From Ramazzottius varieornatus (lineage: Eukaryota; Animalia; Tardigrada): a stretch of 64,000 nucleotides of DNA. The stretch lies in assembly GCA_001949185.1 (NCBI GenBank), contig BDGG01000002.1, positions 7,182,448-7,246,447 on the forward strand. The letters are read 5' to 3'. The first letter of the stretch is position 1; every line of letters starts with the position of its first letter. Made by a program: the position numbers and the translations under genes. Under the pieces are notes generated by a model. That model was not told the DNA's origin and made no database searches. It saw only the letters and a program-made list of their open reading frames with translations. Shown here piece after piece: positions 12,836-26,678 of the stretch.

Positions 12836-14033
12836 CGGCGTTAGCGATCTTCGCTGGATTTCAACTTAATGGCTGTCATAAATCAGCTTCAGAAGCAATG
12901 ACGGGTATACAGTAAGTCACTGTTTCTGTGATATGGTTTCCAACTTCATGTAAGCGTTTCAAAATGAATCATTTGCAGGGACTTCGTTCAAAACTTCAAG
13001 GTAAGCTTGTTCGGTTATGCGGCCAACAAGGCTGGGCTGTAGTCACATATCTCACCAATATAAGCCCGCTGTTCATGGCTGTGTAATATCCGTCGGTGTC
13101 TTTCACAGAGACTGGAATCTGTCAAGTGTCCTTCAGTTTTCCGAACAAGCCACCAGCTCAAGGGCGATATCCTTATTATCCGAGGTGAGCATTGCAAGTA
13201 ACACTAACCGAACCCGCAAGTGACAAAAACATAGAACTCAATCACAGTGCTGACATGATAATCGTACCTCATAGTTGTAATGTGAGAAACTACACGACCC
13301 AGTACCACTGTTTTTTTTGCCAACGAGAAATACAGAATCCTTCGATCTTGAAGTCGTCTTCGGAACAACCAACCCATGTAATCTTTGTAGCTATTTGGGA
13401 CAACGAATTTCTGTGGCAAGTCTACCGCCCAGGGAATGACGACCCGCAGTACTACAAATGCTGCAAAACGCCTGCAGGTTAGGGTACCGGTATCTACTGC
13501 ATACAGCCACTTAATTCGGCTAGGGTTTTTACACACCATCTTCACAACAGGGTACTACATCGACTACATGTCGTGCTATTACATGCCGACGCACGACCTC
13601 TACCGGGAATATTACGACTCCCTGAATAATTTTGTCGTATACTGCACCAAAGGCTACATCATGACGGGTATCTCCAAGAAGATCAGTCCGTGGACTCAAC
13701 TATACAACATCGACTGGGTCCAGTGCTGCCGCCTGGGCTTCGGGCCGCCACGAGGACTGCATCCTCCCGTCACCTACGTTGGCAAGGACGGCACTCCGGT
13801 GTGCAACTCGAGGGTACTGCCAGCGACAGAAGTTCCCTGCTTATATCAGCACCAATACCGGAAGTCGTCTGCTTCTGGAACACAAAGTACCAATGGAGCA
13901 AATTTTTGTAACAGCACTTAGTGCCTTTCGAGCTGCTACCGACCAAACGCACTCATCCGAAGAGATGCATTTTTGGAGCAACAGATACGCACCGGCAAAA
14001 CCAGTGGACTTGCAAACCCTTTCTGCGCTGTAA
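12836..14033 (+). pseudogene. Dermatopontin-like paralogue, copy 2, with two apparent frameshifts
   Basis: Paralogous to copy 1 (GYYIDYMSCYYMPTHD, YCTKGYIMTGISKK, WVQCCR); frame breaks between RLESVKCP and FPNKPP (about 13135) and before EEMHFWSNRYAP (about 13870-13920). Confidence 0.55.
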
Positions 14034-14281
14034 CTTGTCATCTTGTAGTCTCCTCATTTTAGTAAAACCTGTTCAAATAAAATCGAACGACCCACTGTAC
14101 ACTACGCCACATAAACATACTGTCGGTGGCGGAGTTACACGCGAGGCGCACGTTCTCAGTTTTACTGCCTGGAAGCTTACGTCACTTGGAAACTCGATAT
14201 GGTGCTTCTGTGCGAGAGTGGTTTCAGAAGGGTAATCCATGTTTCAAGAACGCAGTTTCCTGGCTTCGATACGCTCAAGGC

Positions 14282-14610
14282 AACACGTTGGCAAGGACGG
14301 CACTCTGGTGTACAACTCGAGAGAATTGCCGGCCGTTGAAGTTCCTCCTGCCTATCGACAGCAGTATCGAAAGTTTTCTGTTTCTGGAATACGCGAAAAA
14401 AATGAGACAGCCTGCATCAACGAAAGTACGATGGCGATTTCCAAGCAAGCGCCCTTCACTGACGAAACTCACTTTTGGAGTAATCGTTATGCTCCAGCTG
14501 AACCAAATTCCATGTCGGCCTCTTCACAACATAGCAAGCGGATTATCTTTATGGAGCGAGAAGCACTAGCACTGCTCGGCGGTTTCATGGGTTGGAACGT
14601 AGGTAAATGA
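14282..14610 (+). pseudogene. Duplicated C-terminal fragment of dermatopontin-like copy 2
   Basis: VGKDGTLVYNSRELPAVEVP..YRK..HFWSNRYAPA matches 13778-14000 at DNA and protein level. Confidence 0.6.
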
Positions 14611-14618
14611 ACTAAACA

Positions 14619-14690
14619 CGATCGTTTTCATAACTCGCGCATGTTTTCAGTCAGTAAAAATGGAATCGTGCGCCACTTGGGACAGCGAGC
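14619..14690. repeat. Family A palindromic dispersed repeat (degenerate left arm)
   Basis: GATCGTTTTCATAACTCGCGCAT-N25-GTGCGCCACTTGGG. Confidence 0.6.
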
Positions 14691-14888
14691 GCTACACATT
14701 CGTTTGCCGACTTCCCTGTTTGAGTACACGTGTACCGACAAATATTGCTAAACAGCCACCAGATCGCTGGCGGGATGAGCAGAAATGAGGGACATGTTAC
14801 GTCCGAAGATTAGAGTATATTATGGAATCGAACTGAAAGTACCATCATTCGACCATGCTCAAGTTCACAAAACTATCAAACGAGAATT

Positions 14889-16830
14889 TTACATGAGGAT
14901 CAAACCAATCTCGTTGGACTTCATGGCCGCACACTTCCAATTGAACAGAAAATAATTAAGCGTGCCGTCACCAATGCCGAACTTCAGATTGGTGAGAAAC
15001 TTTGCGTTATCCAGAGCATCCAGCGCGTTGAAAACGTCAAACCCGTTCTGCGCAAACGAAGCTTTACCATACGGTTACTGTCTTTGTCTATACAGAGTAA
15101 CGGGTACAAACCTTTTTTGCCATTATGATAGCGTCCATCATCAGATCATCCCACGATCTGCTGGTGGCGACATTATAGAACGAGTAGGCTGCGTTCACGG
15201 AATCATGGCTACGGTGGTTGACCACTGTGGACGGCAACGAGTAGAAACTCACAAAATCCGTCACGGTGCCTTGTTCGTCCGCGACTACGTACGAATAGAT
15301 GATCTTCTCCTTGAACAAGAAGTAGTGGTTCACTTCCTCTAACGTAAATTCCGGAGCCAATTCAAACTTCGACAAATACTGCAAAAGCACACATTCTCTC
15401 CATGGTGTTTCAAGGGCAAAAGCTTTCAGCCTTACATCAGTCAGAAGCTTGTGTATTGCTGGAATATCTCTCTCTTCCGTCTGGCGAAACCCTCTGGTCT
15501 TCGGCTCCTAGAATCAAAATGTCTCAGAATGGACGTACTCAAGAAGCGCGTTTAGTCACTACGAGAAAGCACTGTGTGACATACCTCTGCTACTTTGAAG
15601 AGTTTCTTCATGCGCTGCATGGTCATGTTCTTGCCGATGCTGCTGAAGCCCACGTCCACCAGCTTCTGTGGATCCAGCGAACGATGCCAATACCTTCAAC
15701 GGTAACATCTTGGTAGTACGATGGCAGAACAGTAAGGTAAGTGCGAAACATTGATCCACAAACCTGCAAGCTCCGACAGGTTCGATGGGCAACAAAGCAC
15801 CGGTAGTGAAGGCTGCCTGGACTATGCCTTCCTCGTTGCATCGCCGGGTTATCTCTCTGATCAGCACAGCAGCCATTCGCTTTCCTCTTAGCTTCTTATG
15901 GACACAGAGGAAGTTAACCTCGGTCATCTTCATCGACCTGAAGATCGACGAATTAGTGATGTGTTACGTATCTAAGTCACGGGCACTTGACTTACGTTAA
16001 AATTAAGAGCCAAAGAATCGTGGAACCGTTCATAACCAACTTTGAAAGGTTTTACCTACTTTCCTCGCACTCGAATTTGTGACGGCACAGCGCTGATGAA
16101 TCCCACGAGCTTTTTGCTACCATGAACGCGTAGTCCTAGATGCCACTGTTGTTTCCATCCTGGTGGCTTGAGCGCCCAAGTCAAGAACTCGTGGGAATAA
16201 CGAAAGCGGAACATGGCATCGTCATCTTCCACGTAATTATCGTGCAGCAACGTGTAAAGCTCATGCAGCTGCAAAGCAAACCGCGCGTTAACACAGTGTC
16301 TTGGCGCATCCATCGAATCAGCAATTAGGCACTATCCCAAGTTACCAACTAGCAGACCATACCTGCTCTTGATTACCGATGTCTAGCGCATCCCAGTAGA
16401 ACTCCGGAAGCAATGGATATTCCTGCTTCCTGAACTCATCCTTCGACTTCGTCTCTATTGGATCGTTTACAGTCGGCACAACTTTATCTCCTACAAAGCA
16501 ACAAACACTTCGACGTTAGTTAGGCTTTGATGTATTGCTGGGAAAATTACCAAGCTTTGGTACGGGCTGCGTCGACCAGAAGGGATGCTCCTTCGTGGGT
16601 TCAGGTCCCACGCTCTGAGACTTCACAGGCTTCGTGGTTTTCTTTTGATTCTCCAGTAGCTGCCGCATGGCTTGGATGAGTTGGGGATATTGTTCTCCAG
16701 CTGATGCGCTTCCGGTTGCATTGCCAATCGCGGTGAATGTCGAAGGAGTGCTGTTGACTGGCTCGCCTTTTCCATCCTCTTTGGTCAAGGTCTCGGACAG
16801 GCTTTCTTCGGGCTTGCTCTCCGTCGTCAT
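14889..16830 (-). CDS. NMT1: Glycylpeptide N-myristoyltransferase
   Basis: [58 protein letters not shown]-terminal IGLILM*. Confidence 0.96.
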
Positions 16831-17378
16831 CCTGCAGTACAGCTGGAACTCATAGATCTAGGGAGCAAAACGGATGAGGTAGTCAGTTGACTAGTCACGA
16901 TTGCGCACCTCAAGTTCGAAACGACGGAACCTGTAAAGCGAGGCCACAACCAACGAACTTACGAACTCACTATCTTCAGATCGATCCCACTGCCAGCAAT
17001 ACGACACACGAGGGAAGATCATCAACTTGGAACCAATTACGTCATAGGAATATTTCGAATTTTGATTGGAAATCCTTGATTCGGTTCAACGTTTCTAGCT
17101 GGAGAAACTGAACCTTGATCACATGATTGAGACAAAACGGGTGTACTGGTGGACTTTGCCGTGCAAAACATCCGATTTATCAAAGAAACGCTTTTCTCAA
17201 ATTTTCGGGATGCAGGGAGCCTCCTTCAGTCTCTCCTGGAGTTTGGATGATGGAATGGATCACCGTTTACCTATCCCTGATGTCTGAGCTTGCTCAACTT
17301 GGCTAACATGGAAACTTCCCTTATCTTTGCAGGAGCATCGGGCCGGATGTAGGAGGAAGCGATCGCTCATTGCTGGAC

Positions 17379-18974
17379 ATGAAGATCCTGGCGTGCGGCT
17401 ACAACGGATCGGAAAAGTTTTTGCGAAAGCGGACTGAAGATGGAGCTGTTCCTTCAGTCTGCATCGATACGCCTGTTCCTCCTTACTGGGGTGAATGTTA
17501 TGATACCCTTCGATCAGCAGACTTCGCGGACTTCCAGCTTACGACGACATGGCAGTCTGTGTACCTAACGAACAAAGGTGAAGCTCGAAACTTTCATCGA
17601 TCTTTCTTTCCTCAATCCTTAGTTAACGCTGCGCATTGTAAGCATGTCCATTGTTATGATTAGGACATCTGAAGTACTTGGGGACGAATCCGCCGGATAT
17701 GTGCAAGCTGAGATGGTCTGCGATTCTGCAGGTTGTTGCTGTTGGATCTTCGACTGTTATATGCTTGGAAGAATGCGAGGAGTTACGACGACTGCACATT
17801 TTGACGGATGACGGTAGTTTTGCATCGTAAGTGTTGTGTACGGGCGTGTACCGTATTTCATGGCGTGTTACTGTATCTGCAGGTTTGGCATTCTGCCGAA
17901 AATGAAGCATTTGGCTAAGATTAGCGCAAGCCTTGTCGACGCGCGGAAGACTCCTGCGGTCGTTTACGGTTTTCGAAAAGGTGAATACGTAAACGATCCT
18001 CCCTTCGGCAACGATGAAGTTCTACATCGATTTTTGCTCTAGGCTCGAATCTCATGAAACTTTCACTGGAGCATGTGAGTGCGGTCAACGGTGAGGTTCA
18101 AATCGCCAAAGAGTTTGATATCGATGTTAACGACTTGGTTGCTGGACGAGAGCACTATCTGCTCCTGACCGGAAGCGGGCAAGTGTTCTCTTGGGGCTTG
18201 AGTAGGTAATGGAAAACTGTTGGACGTTCTCCATGATGTTGCAGCTAGCTGTATCGCCTATTTCTTGTTGCAGTCGAGGACAACTAGGACAAGGATGTCT
18301 GGATGCGGAGGAGGAACCTCAATTGATCGATGCCTTCGAAGACATGCAGATAACTATGGTATCAGCTGGCGGATGGTCTTCCATGGCGCTAAACGGTAAG
18401 TCATGTTCAGAAATATCTGTTCACTCGTGAACACGGTGAACAATGGTTGAGTAACATGTAGAATGCTCTTCAGAGCATGGGTTAGTTTTCCTGTGGGGAT
18501 GGAACAGTGCCGGAGCTCTAGGGTTCCCCAACCGCGGAGTGCGCGAACAAAACAAGGAAGAACCAGAGTCTGGTTCCAGCGACAGAGCAGACAAGCAGGA
18601 AGTCGAAGTAGTAGCCGATCCAAGGTTGCTGTCTTTACCCGAGAAAGTATCATGGATAAGCTGCGGCGAACGGCACGCGGCTGCTGTCTCAGGTAAGTCT
18701 TCCTCGTTCCAACCGGAAGTTCGTAATTGCACGATTTGCGCATGTTGGTTGACAAGGAATTCCTGTCCCTTTTACAGTTACAGGAAGGGTCTACGTTTGG
18801 GGCTTGAACCAGCATGGACAACTGGGCCTAGGCGACCGTCGAAACCGAGATCGCCCCGTTCTCATGTCCACACTAAACAACGTTAAAGTTCAGCGAGTCA
18901 TCTGTGGAGAATGGACAACGGTCTTGCTTCACGACGAGCCCGTCGATCTTCCCGAGAAAGAGTCGAACCAGTAG
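17379..18974 (+). CDS. RCC1-repeat protein, RCCD1-like
   Basis: AGREHYLLL..VFSWG..RGQLG, VSAGGWSS, WGWNSAGALG, ISCGERH, VWGLNQHGQLG, ICGEWTT. Confidence 0.8.
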
Positions 18975-21125
18975 AGAAAGAGGACTGAGCACTGCTGAGC
19001 GGGAGTTCGAAGAAGCCGAAGAGTTTGGTTCTACAGGAATAATAGAATGGCGGTAAGTGGGCAAAGGAACAGTAGGAATCGCGAAGCCAAATGTATTTCG
19101 ATATCGTTCTTATTAGCATTCTTATTCTTGCAGTTATCAGGCAGCAACAGCAGCACCCACATGTTGGACATCAAGCCCGACAATAGTAAATCGATGCCCA
19201 GTGGCCAGTCGGGCTCTTATCGATCGACACCGATAGTAGAAAAGCATGGCTGGTCTGGAATAGTGATAATGGCTCTGTCTTTCTTCAAACTGTCCTTTCT
19301 TCCAAAGTACAAGGGCCAAGTTGCACTTGCTCTTTCGAGCTGTCATGTCAAGGAAAATTGAGAATGTCCACGAGAGCCGTGGGATAAAGTTACAGGTGCA
19401 TCGAGATAATAACCGATTTCTGCGTCCACCACTGTCTCACTTCACTTCTTCCCTCTTCCCTCTGTGTACTTCCTTCCTTCATCGTTCTTATTATTGTAGT
19501 TTGACCAACGGAACCGATTAAACTTCTAACTAGACTGGTCAAATCTGAGCAGAACAGTGTTATCAACACACACCCGGTAATTATCGGGCTGATATTGTGA
19601 CCATCTTTACAGATCCGCTTTTAGCCCCTTTCTTCTTCTTCTTCTCTTGATCCTTTAACAGTCCAACCGACCGACCAATTTGAAATGCGAAAACTGGTTT
19701 CCGTCCTCTCAACTGACCAACACTCAAAGTCCTCCCCTTCTTTGTTCAGAAGTTTCCGATAACACTGTGTTGACTTCGCTTGACCACATCACGTAAAGGA
19801 ACTCTTGTCTTGTTGGGCAATAAAATTTGAAAGGGTAAAACGACCATGACGTGAAAGAAGAGACGCGGTCTTTTCGTCGATTACGTCTTTGCTTTATCCT
19901 CACATTTTCAGAGCAGGACGGCTGCATCTTTTCTTCGGGTCGTCTACTTGTCAAAAGTGGCCATCTGTTTTGAAAAGTCAATAAACACCAAGTCGCTGCT
20001 TGCTTTTGTTGCCGGCACAACTGTTTATGTTCACATTGTTATAGGATTTCCGAAAATGAGCTACTACTGTAAACAACGAAGTCGTGCATTGTAAAATGTA
20101 AATGGCCAATATAAATCTCGGCTCTGTTAGAAGATGGTGAACCCTCTCGTAACCAGGAAGAACCTTTCCGTTATTCCTGTGTCGTTTCCCGAGAATTCTG
20201 CCGGAAGTGTCCTGTCTGAGAAAGCTGCAGTAGAAGAATCCGCCTAGAACTCTTGCAAGTTTCTTCTGGAAATGTGTCGGGACCTCGGGTTCGCTGTTGT
20301 TTCGTGGCGCGATTGTGTGGCCAGTCACCAATGTCCAGCCACCCTGGTTCAGGCTCCGGGTCTCGTCTTGACTCTCGAAGTTCAAAGAGGCTTTTCTGTT
20401 GTGCCTTCGGCACTGAGCTTCTGGCAATGGCGGTTAAATCAATGGGGAAAGCATTCCATGAAAAGTTCCAGTGCAGTCACCGGTTCTGACGGTTCACCTT
20501 CAAGGAAGATTTTCTACAAAGGCCGTTCAATTAATCAACTTGGCCCAAATACCGTCGTTCGATTGTGTTCACGTACGCGAAATTTTGTAAGCGGGCAGGC
20601 CAACCGAAAGATGAACTGGAAAGATTGGTCAGCCTCCGTCTTCTGCTGTCTGTTTCCTGACTTTCCTCCCTGGATCGCTGCACATGACTGTACGTACGCG
20701 TGGTACGTCATCCTTTGCCCGTTGAAAAGCCAGCAAGAGGTTCATTCCATCGCTTTTCCATGAAGGGATCCATTTGCCCATTTGTGCACTTGCCAAAAGG
20801 TGAACTGGAGGAAAGAGCCATTTCGAGTTTTATGGCGCTACATCTTCTCCCTTTGCTGATAAGATTCTCTTGAAAGGAGCATGGCCCTGGCCAGTGGTCA
20901 TTAATAATGCCTGTGGCAGGCTAGTGTTTGCTTTTGGTCAACTCGCTGCATGGAACGAATCAACAAGTGTCCCTTAACATTACACAGGTGCACCCAATCC
21001 ATTCTTACGACTTTTCCCTCTCCTGTTCCTCATTCTTACCTCTCCAGATTGATCGACCTTGGATCGGATATTTTCCTACAACTGCCACGGAATTTTCAAG
21101 GAATTACCAGACGGGAAAATCTACC

Positions 21126-24100
21126 ATGGTAAGTCGACAGGAATTATCCTGGAGTTTAAACTTTTGTGCGGTAGAAGGAAATATGGAGGGCAGGACAGTG
21201 TTTCCATCCTCTAACCCCGCGATGACCGTCAGCTGACCAGTCCAGTTTTGGTAGGAGAAATATTACGTCACTGGGACTACTCAGTGTGTGATGCGATGTA
21301 GGACGAAGTTACGTGCTTGGTCCTACTCGAGCTTTTTAGTGCCTGGTAGGCGGCATTGATTGAAACTTGTGATTGGAACTTACAAAGGCGCGGGTTCATT
21401 GGAAGCCATTGGCTTGGTCGGATGTTTGTCTCCTTCAAAGAACCCACTACCATTCGGTCACTTCCGCCTGGTAAAATTCCAGCCATGTTTCAATATTATG
21501 CTTCTGGTTGTAGGCGTCGTCTTCGTCAGCCTTCAGTCCGCGCTTTCAGCTTCCGTCAACGCCCAGCAGTGCCTCGAGTCTACATCGGCCTTGGGAGCAG
21601 CAGTCGACGCCGTCTTCCTGTTCCTCGGATTCTGCCAGCAGCACGGGCTCATCTTTCCCTTTTTGCACCGTGTCCATGTCGGCGCCAACTACCCCAGCTG
21701 GCATCACGCTGATGCCTCACTTGTTTGCCCATGTCACAGCTTCCAATCAGGCGACGCAATCGCGACCAGCGCCACTTGGACCAGTTCCTTCCTCGCCTCT
21801 CTTCACGGCCATGTCACCATTTCCGGCAGCGGCCGTGGGACATTTCTTGACGCACTTTGCCATGCCGTCCACTCCGGAGGAACATGCAACCTTCATGGCT
21901 GGAGCTGCACTTCCGTCTTCCTCGGTTCCCTCGTCGCCATCGAACCCCTCACCGTCGCCCCAAGGGTCAGTGCACATTATACTACACTTGATTGCTTGAA
22001 CAATCAGCCTTTAATGTCGATTGTTCGAAAAGCCAGATTCGGCTGGTCAACCTGGCTGCCCTGGCATTGTGGCCAGGCTGGCAAGTGGCCATGTTTGTCT
22101 GATTGGCGGGGAGAGTAGACTAGCGACGTGACGTCACCAGTTGGTCAGCTTACCGTGCAGATCTGCGCACGACATGGTGCGCGGGTTGGGCTCCGCCGTG
22201 CTGTGCACTTTCCGAGCATCTTGTTGGTTGATTGAGAGTGAGGTGTTTGGGCTGATTGGCGTAACCCCGCTGACTTCTCCTTTGTTGTGTTTTGTTGAGC
22301 GGAAGTCGGTGATTCTTCGTCTCGAGAGTTTAGAAATAGACTACCTCAAAGGGATTTGAGAGTTTGATGATGAATGTGGGAGGAGATGAAGGGTTCGTGT
22401 GGACGTTGAATCAAGCCGAAGGATGGATGGACGCCGATTGAGGCGCGTGAAAGGCAAATGGAAGAAAGGTGTCGCGGCTCATCTCGCTTTCTGCATTAGC
22501 CTTTGAGAAATTGACAGAAGAAGGGGGATGGAAGGGAAGGAGTATCCGCTGGCAAAGTCATTTGCCGCGTCTTTCATCTTACCGCTGGTATATATAAATA
22601 TCTATATTCTTGTCCTTCTGGACATGGAAGAAATGCTCAGCACGTCACGTGGACTGATTAGGAGTGAGGTTGGCAGAGACAGATTGGATTTCGTTCTGAT
22701 CTTGAGCTCATGTCTCATTTGTATTTGTACAGGTTGAAACAGTTGAAAGGAAGCTGGAAGGAAGGGAGGACAAGGCGAAGAAATGAAGGACAGATAATTA
22801 CGCTAATCAATGAACACTGGAAGGATTAGTAAGAAGGTCTTTTTCCCACCGAATGAAATGCACGCGTGTCCAACGCTGAAACCAATTTTCCTACTTTCTA
22901 ATGAATCTCCATTCTCCACGTCCCTTCTTTCTTTTCTCTACAGGCTGCAGGCGACTTTTCGGCCCGGAAGGCACGTAGGCTTCAAGGAGCGAAAGTTCAA
23001 ATGGACAAGGAGAACTTTAGAGAGAAAGGTTTGGTAGAAGTGGACAGACACTTGTTGTGCTCAGTCTGCATTGGCAAATGTCTCCTTTGTGTAAAGTGCT
23101 TTTCGGTGTCGTCTATCAGCGTGGCTGACCACTGTCTGTCATAACTTTGAACGACAAGTGCAGTGGTCAGAGGCGGAGGGAAGAGGGGCATGTGTGCAAT
23201 TTTGCATGTGGATAATGGCGGGTTGGTTGCGAAACGATGGCGAAGATGTTCGGTGTTGGTTGGTGTTGTGCTTAGCCGCGACGCGTCATGTCTCCTACTT
23301 GTCTCCCAGACTCACTTGGCGCTTGATTCTCATTATCCATTTCAAATCTTCTCTTCCTCTAGGTTGACTTATGCAGTTCGTCGGAGAGGCTTTAGGTGAA
23401 AGGCAAACATTGACCAAGACGGAATGAATTTTCAAGCTTCATTCGAGCAACTTCCAACTTAGGTCGAAACTGAACCAGCAAGAGTTTCGAAAATTTCTTT
23501 CTCTTTCCGGTAGTTCTTAGTTCTCACGCGCTTCGGGGATTCACAAATCGATGAGAACTGCCTTCTTTTTCTCATGTTCAGGGAATTCATGGTGGAAACA
23601 GAAGCGCTGAGCGAACAAAAAAGTGGAAGGTTTTCGGAACGGACTTCTCACGGGTTGGTACGGTTCGATGCGAGTTTGGAGGCCATCAAGGAAAGTAGAT
23701 GGTTAAACGTGTAAAGCTGTTGTTGACCGTGGGCTAAATTGTCCTAAAAGTCTAGTAGCGTGGATAGCAATTTTCGGCTGGTCTGCCTTCTTTTCCAGCT
23801 GGCCGACATTGATGACCATCCGAAAGATGGTCTTCTCCCGTCCATCTGCGATGTACCTTATCTTCTTCTTACAGCCATTTTGTCGGCGGGCTCTCTTTCT
23901 TATCTGATGTCTTCTCATATTCGCTGCAAAGCGATGTCCAAATTGCTTCCTCGTGTTTGATGGCCAGGCAGCAGAAGCAAGTGAATTTTAAACTGACTTC
24001 CAAAAGGCGCCACCGCGTTTGCTCCTCCTTACTGGTTGGAGGTCACCCTAGTCCGTTACTTTACCAATCGCTGGAAGTCTCGACCACATCGCTGTTAAAA

Positions 24101-26678
24101 AATAATCAGTGTCTGCAGAAGAAAACTACGCTGGCGAAAGACTACAGATTGCATAGCTTCTGGTTTTTTCCAAGTGGCGCATATTGTCAGTGAACAACAC
24201 TGATGCGTGCGTCGCTTGGGAAATTTTGTTTGCCGAGCGGCCAATCGTAACGTCATTTTGTCCGATGTCCACCGGCTCAAGCTAGCACAGAACCAAAAAC
24301 GACACGAAGTGAAATATTATCCTACGTTTTTTGTTTTGCAGGAACCCCTTCTCGCCTTACCATAACGCACCATGGTCCGCACCCTACACGATGCAGAGTT
24401 TTCCACTTCCTTCGATGCCCTTCAACGTTAACCGTTCCTCGAACCGTTCTCCCCTCGTTGGCCGAGACCTTCCCACCTCCTACACAAATCCCCGGGTATC
24501 CTCACCCACAATAACACAAAACACAGATCAAACTTCCAACCATCGCAACGGTCCTTCCACGCTGCATATCTCAAAGTCCTCCTCAGCCAAAAAGAAGCGC
24601 AAACCACCACCCATCCAGATCGATTCTTCCATCAACAACTTCCAAGCAGACACAGCACACTTGCATACAACGTCGCAACAACCACGTACCAGCAACTCGA
24701 TCTTGAGTCAGGTGTTGGGTACTCCGTCGGCCTTGATGAGTCCGCTGGCCATGAACAGCTTCCCTGTTCGCAGTCCTGCAGGACATCATCCGCTGTCCAT
24801 GGCACAAGCTAGTCCGCTCTTCAGTGCTCATTTGCATTATCAAATGTACCAACAGCAGATGATGGAGCAGCAGGTCAGACTGATGCAGGAAGGAGCCTTC
24901 CCGATGCAGTCGCCGCTTCCGTCGTCAGGCTTCGGGTCGGTCGAGAGCCAAGTCGGCTTCCCGACGGCCATCAACTTCGCCTGCCTCTGCTTCCTCCCAG
25001 GTAATTTCGCAATTCAAGAAGAATTCTCTAACGGAGCGGAGCGAACACTGATGAGCTGCTAAACCAAGCACTGCTGAGTTGATTGACAATCAATACTGGG
25101 CTGCTCGGTTTAGCAGCTCGACAGTGTGAGCGAACCAAATTTACAAGATGGTATGTTTTCGAGTGGCGCAAGTTGCAGCCAATGACAATGGAAAAATGCG
25201 CCACTTCGAGTGAGAATTTTGTACGTTTTGTTCACCCAGCTTCCACTTGATAGCGTTCCTTCAAAATGCTCTGTCGTTTTTCAGGGACCAAAGTAAAGCT
25301 CCTATCGGGCAGAGACAATCCAGCAAGCGTTCAGTGGAGACTAGTCGAAGAACTTCAGCGGGAGAACTTCAAGGACGAGTAAGTGCTTCTATCTGATTTG
25401 AGACCGACAGCTTCACAATGAAACTCTTTTGTAGTTTTGGGCGTTCCTTTCGACTGAATAAGTACATAAAGAGTGACAATGCAGCGGGTAATTCGGTGGA
25501 GCTCAGTTTCAAGCCGGTGGACCTTTCCGGCAACCTCGAAGTGATGGTACTGTGTACGCCGTACCATCCCTTCTTCTCCTGCCAGAAGGGCTGGTTGTCA
25601 TTCGAACCTCAGACTACTCGGGAAATGTACGGTATAGCCTGTCAGCCCTTCCGCGTTTCGGACGTGGTGTCGGTCAATCCTCCGCCCATCGTCGAGAACC
25701 CGTGGGACACTGTAGATACGAATGCTTCGAATGTCTTGGCTGAATGGGCAATGCGCGTAAGTTATTCGGAAATTAGTACGAGACAGTGACAGTCTTGATC
25801 AATTACACGTGGAAATTCAACAAACGAAGTCGTCCATATCGTTTTTCCATGTGATGCACGTTTCCAGCCAGTAATCCTGAAAACGTGCGCCACTTGCGAG
25901 TTGCAACAACAATCAAACTCGGCCAGATCGCTTTTCCAAGTGGCGCACGCTTTCAGGCAATAACAGCACAAACGTGCGCCACTTACGTAAACGATCTGGT
26001 TGAATTTGTCTGCCGAGCGTTCCGGGCTCCCCTGGCTGAACTTTTGGGTTCTTGCAGAATCGAAGAGCCATGTCGTTGGAATCCGTCAACGAGCCTCGCA
26101 ACTGGAATCCTCAGATGGGTCCTAGCTCGGCGTCAGCGATACCCCGTGAACCGAAGGTTAAAGTCAAGAAAGAGAAGAAGGAAAAGGTTAAAGATCTGGA
26201 CAAAGTGAAAAGACCCATGAACGCCTTCATGCTCTTCGCCAAAGATCACCGCAACATATATACGCAGCAATATCCCGGTCGAGATAACAGGTAAGAAATG
26301 AAGTTTTCTTTGAAGCCGGAAAACCCAAGCGTTATTCTTTTGCCTATTTGTAGAGCTATCAGCATAGAGCTGGGTCATCACTGGAAGAGTCTTACGAGTG
26401 CGCAGCGTCAAACGTACACCGACAAGGCCAAGAAGCTGGCCGACGAGCACAAGGAAAAGAATCCCGACTGCTGGAAACGAAACCGGTCAAGAAGTCGGAG
26501 TGACTCTGACGTTTTGGGAATCAACAACGTTCATATTCCGGATCACCAGGATGGTCCTCTGAATCTGGGTCCTCCTCGCAACGATGAGGGCTTCGAAGAG
26601 GACGAAAACATGTTCCACGCACGCCAGTCAGGTATAACTGGTCTTCCTTCCACCATGTTCGCTGGTCTTTCGTGTTGA
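21126..26678 (+). CDS. HBP1: HMG-box transcription factor with AXH domain
   Basis: ATG|intron at 21126, Ser/Pro-rich exons 21514-21965 and 24342-25000, AXH domain (CFLPGTKV...HPFFSCQKGWLSFEP..C..FRVSDV), HMG box KRPMNAFMLFAK..YPGRDNRAIS..NPDCWKR. Confidence 0.9.
24160..24240. repeat. Family A palindromic repeat in HBP1 intron
   Basis: CAAGTGGCGCAT-N24-GTGCGTCGCTTG. Confidence 0.65.
25045..25126. repeat. Family C foldback (CACTG...CAGTG ends) in HBP1 intron
   Basis: ACACTGATGAGCTGCTAAACC...GGTTTAGCAGCTCGACAGTGT; arms related to 47510-47638. Confidence 0.7.
25143..25223. repeat. Family A palindromic repeat in HBP1 intron
   Basis: CGAGTGGCGCAA-N24-ATGCGCCACTTC. Confidence 0.65.
25820..26018. 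repeat. Two tandem Family A palindromic repeats in HBP1 intron
   Basis: Two arm pairs, each with a 25-nt spacer (25848-25896 and 25937-25985). Confidence 0.8.

Noticed and set aside
21360-22118. 252-aa plus-strand ORF
   Set aside because: Alternative frame over the HBP1 Ser/Pro-rich exon; splice phases support the other frame
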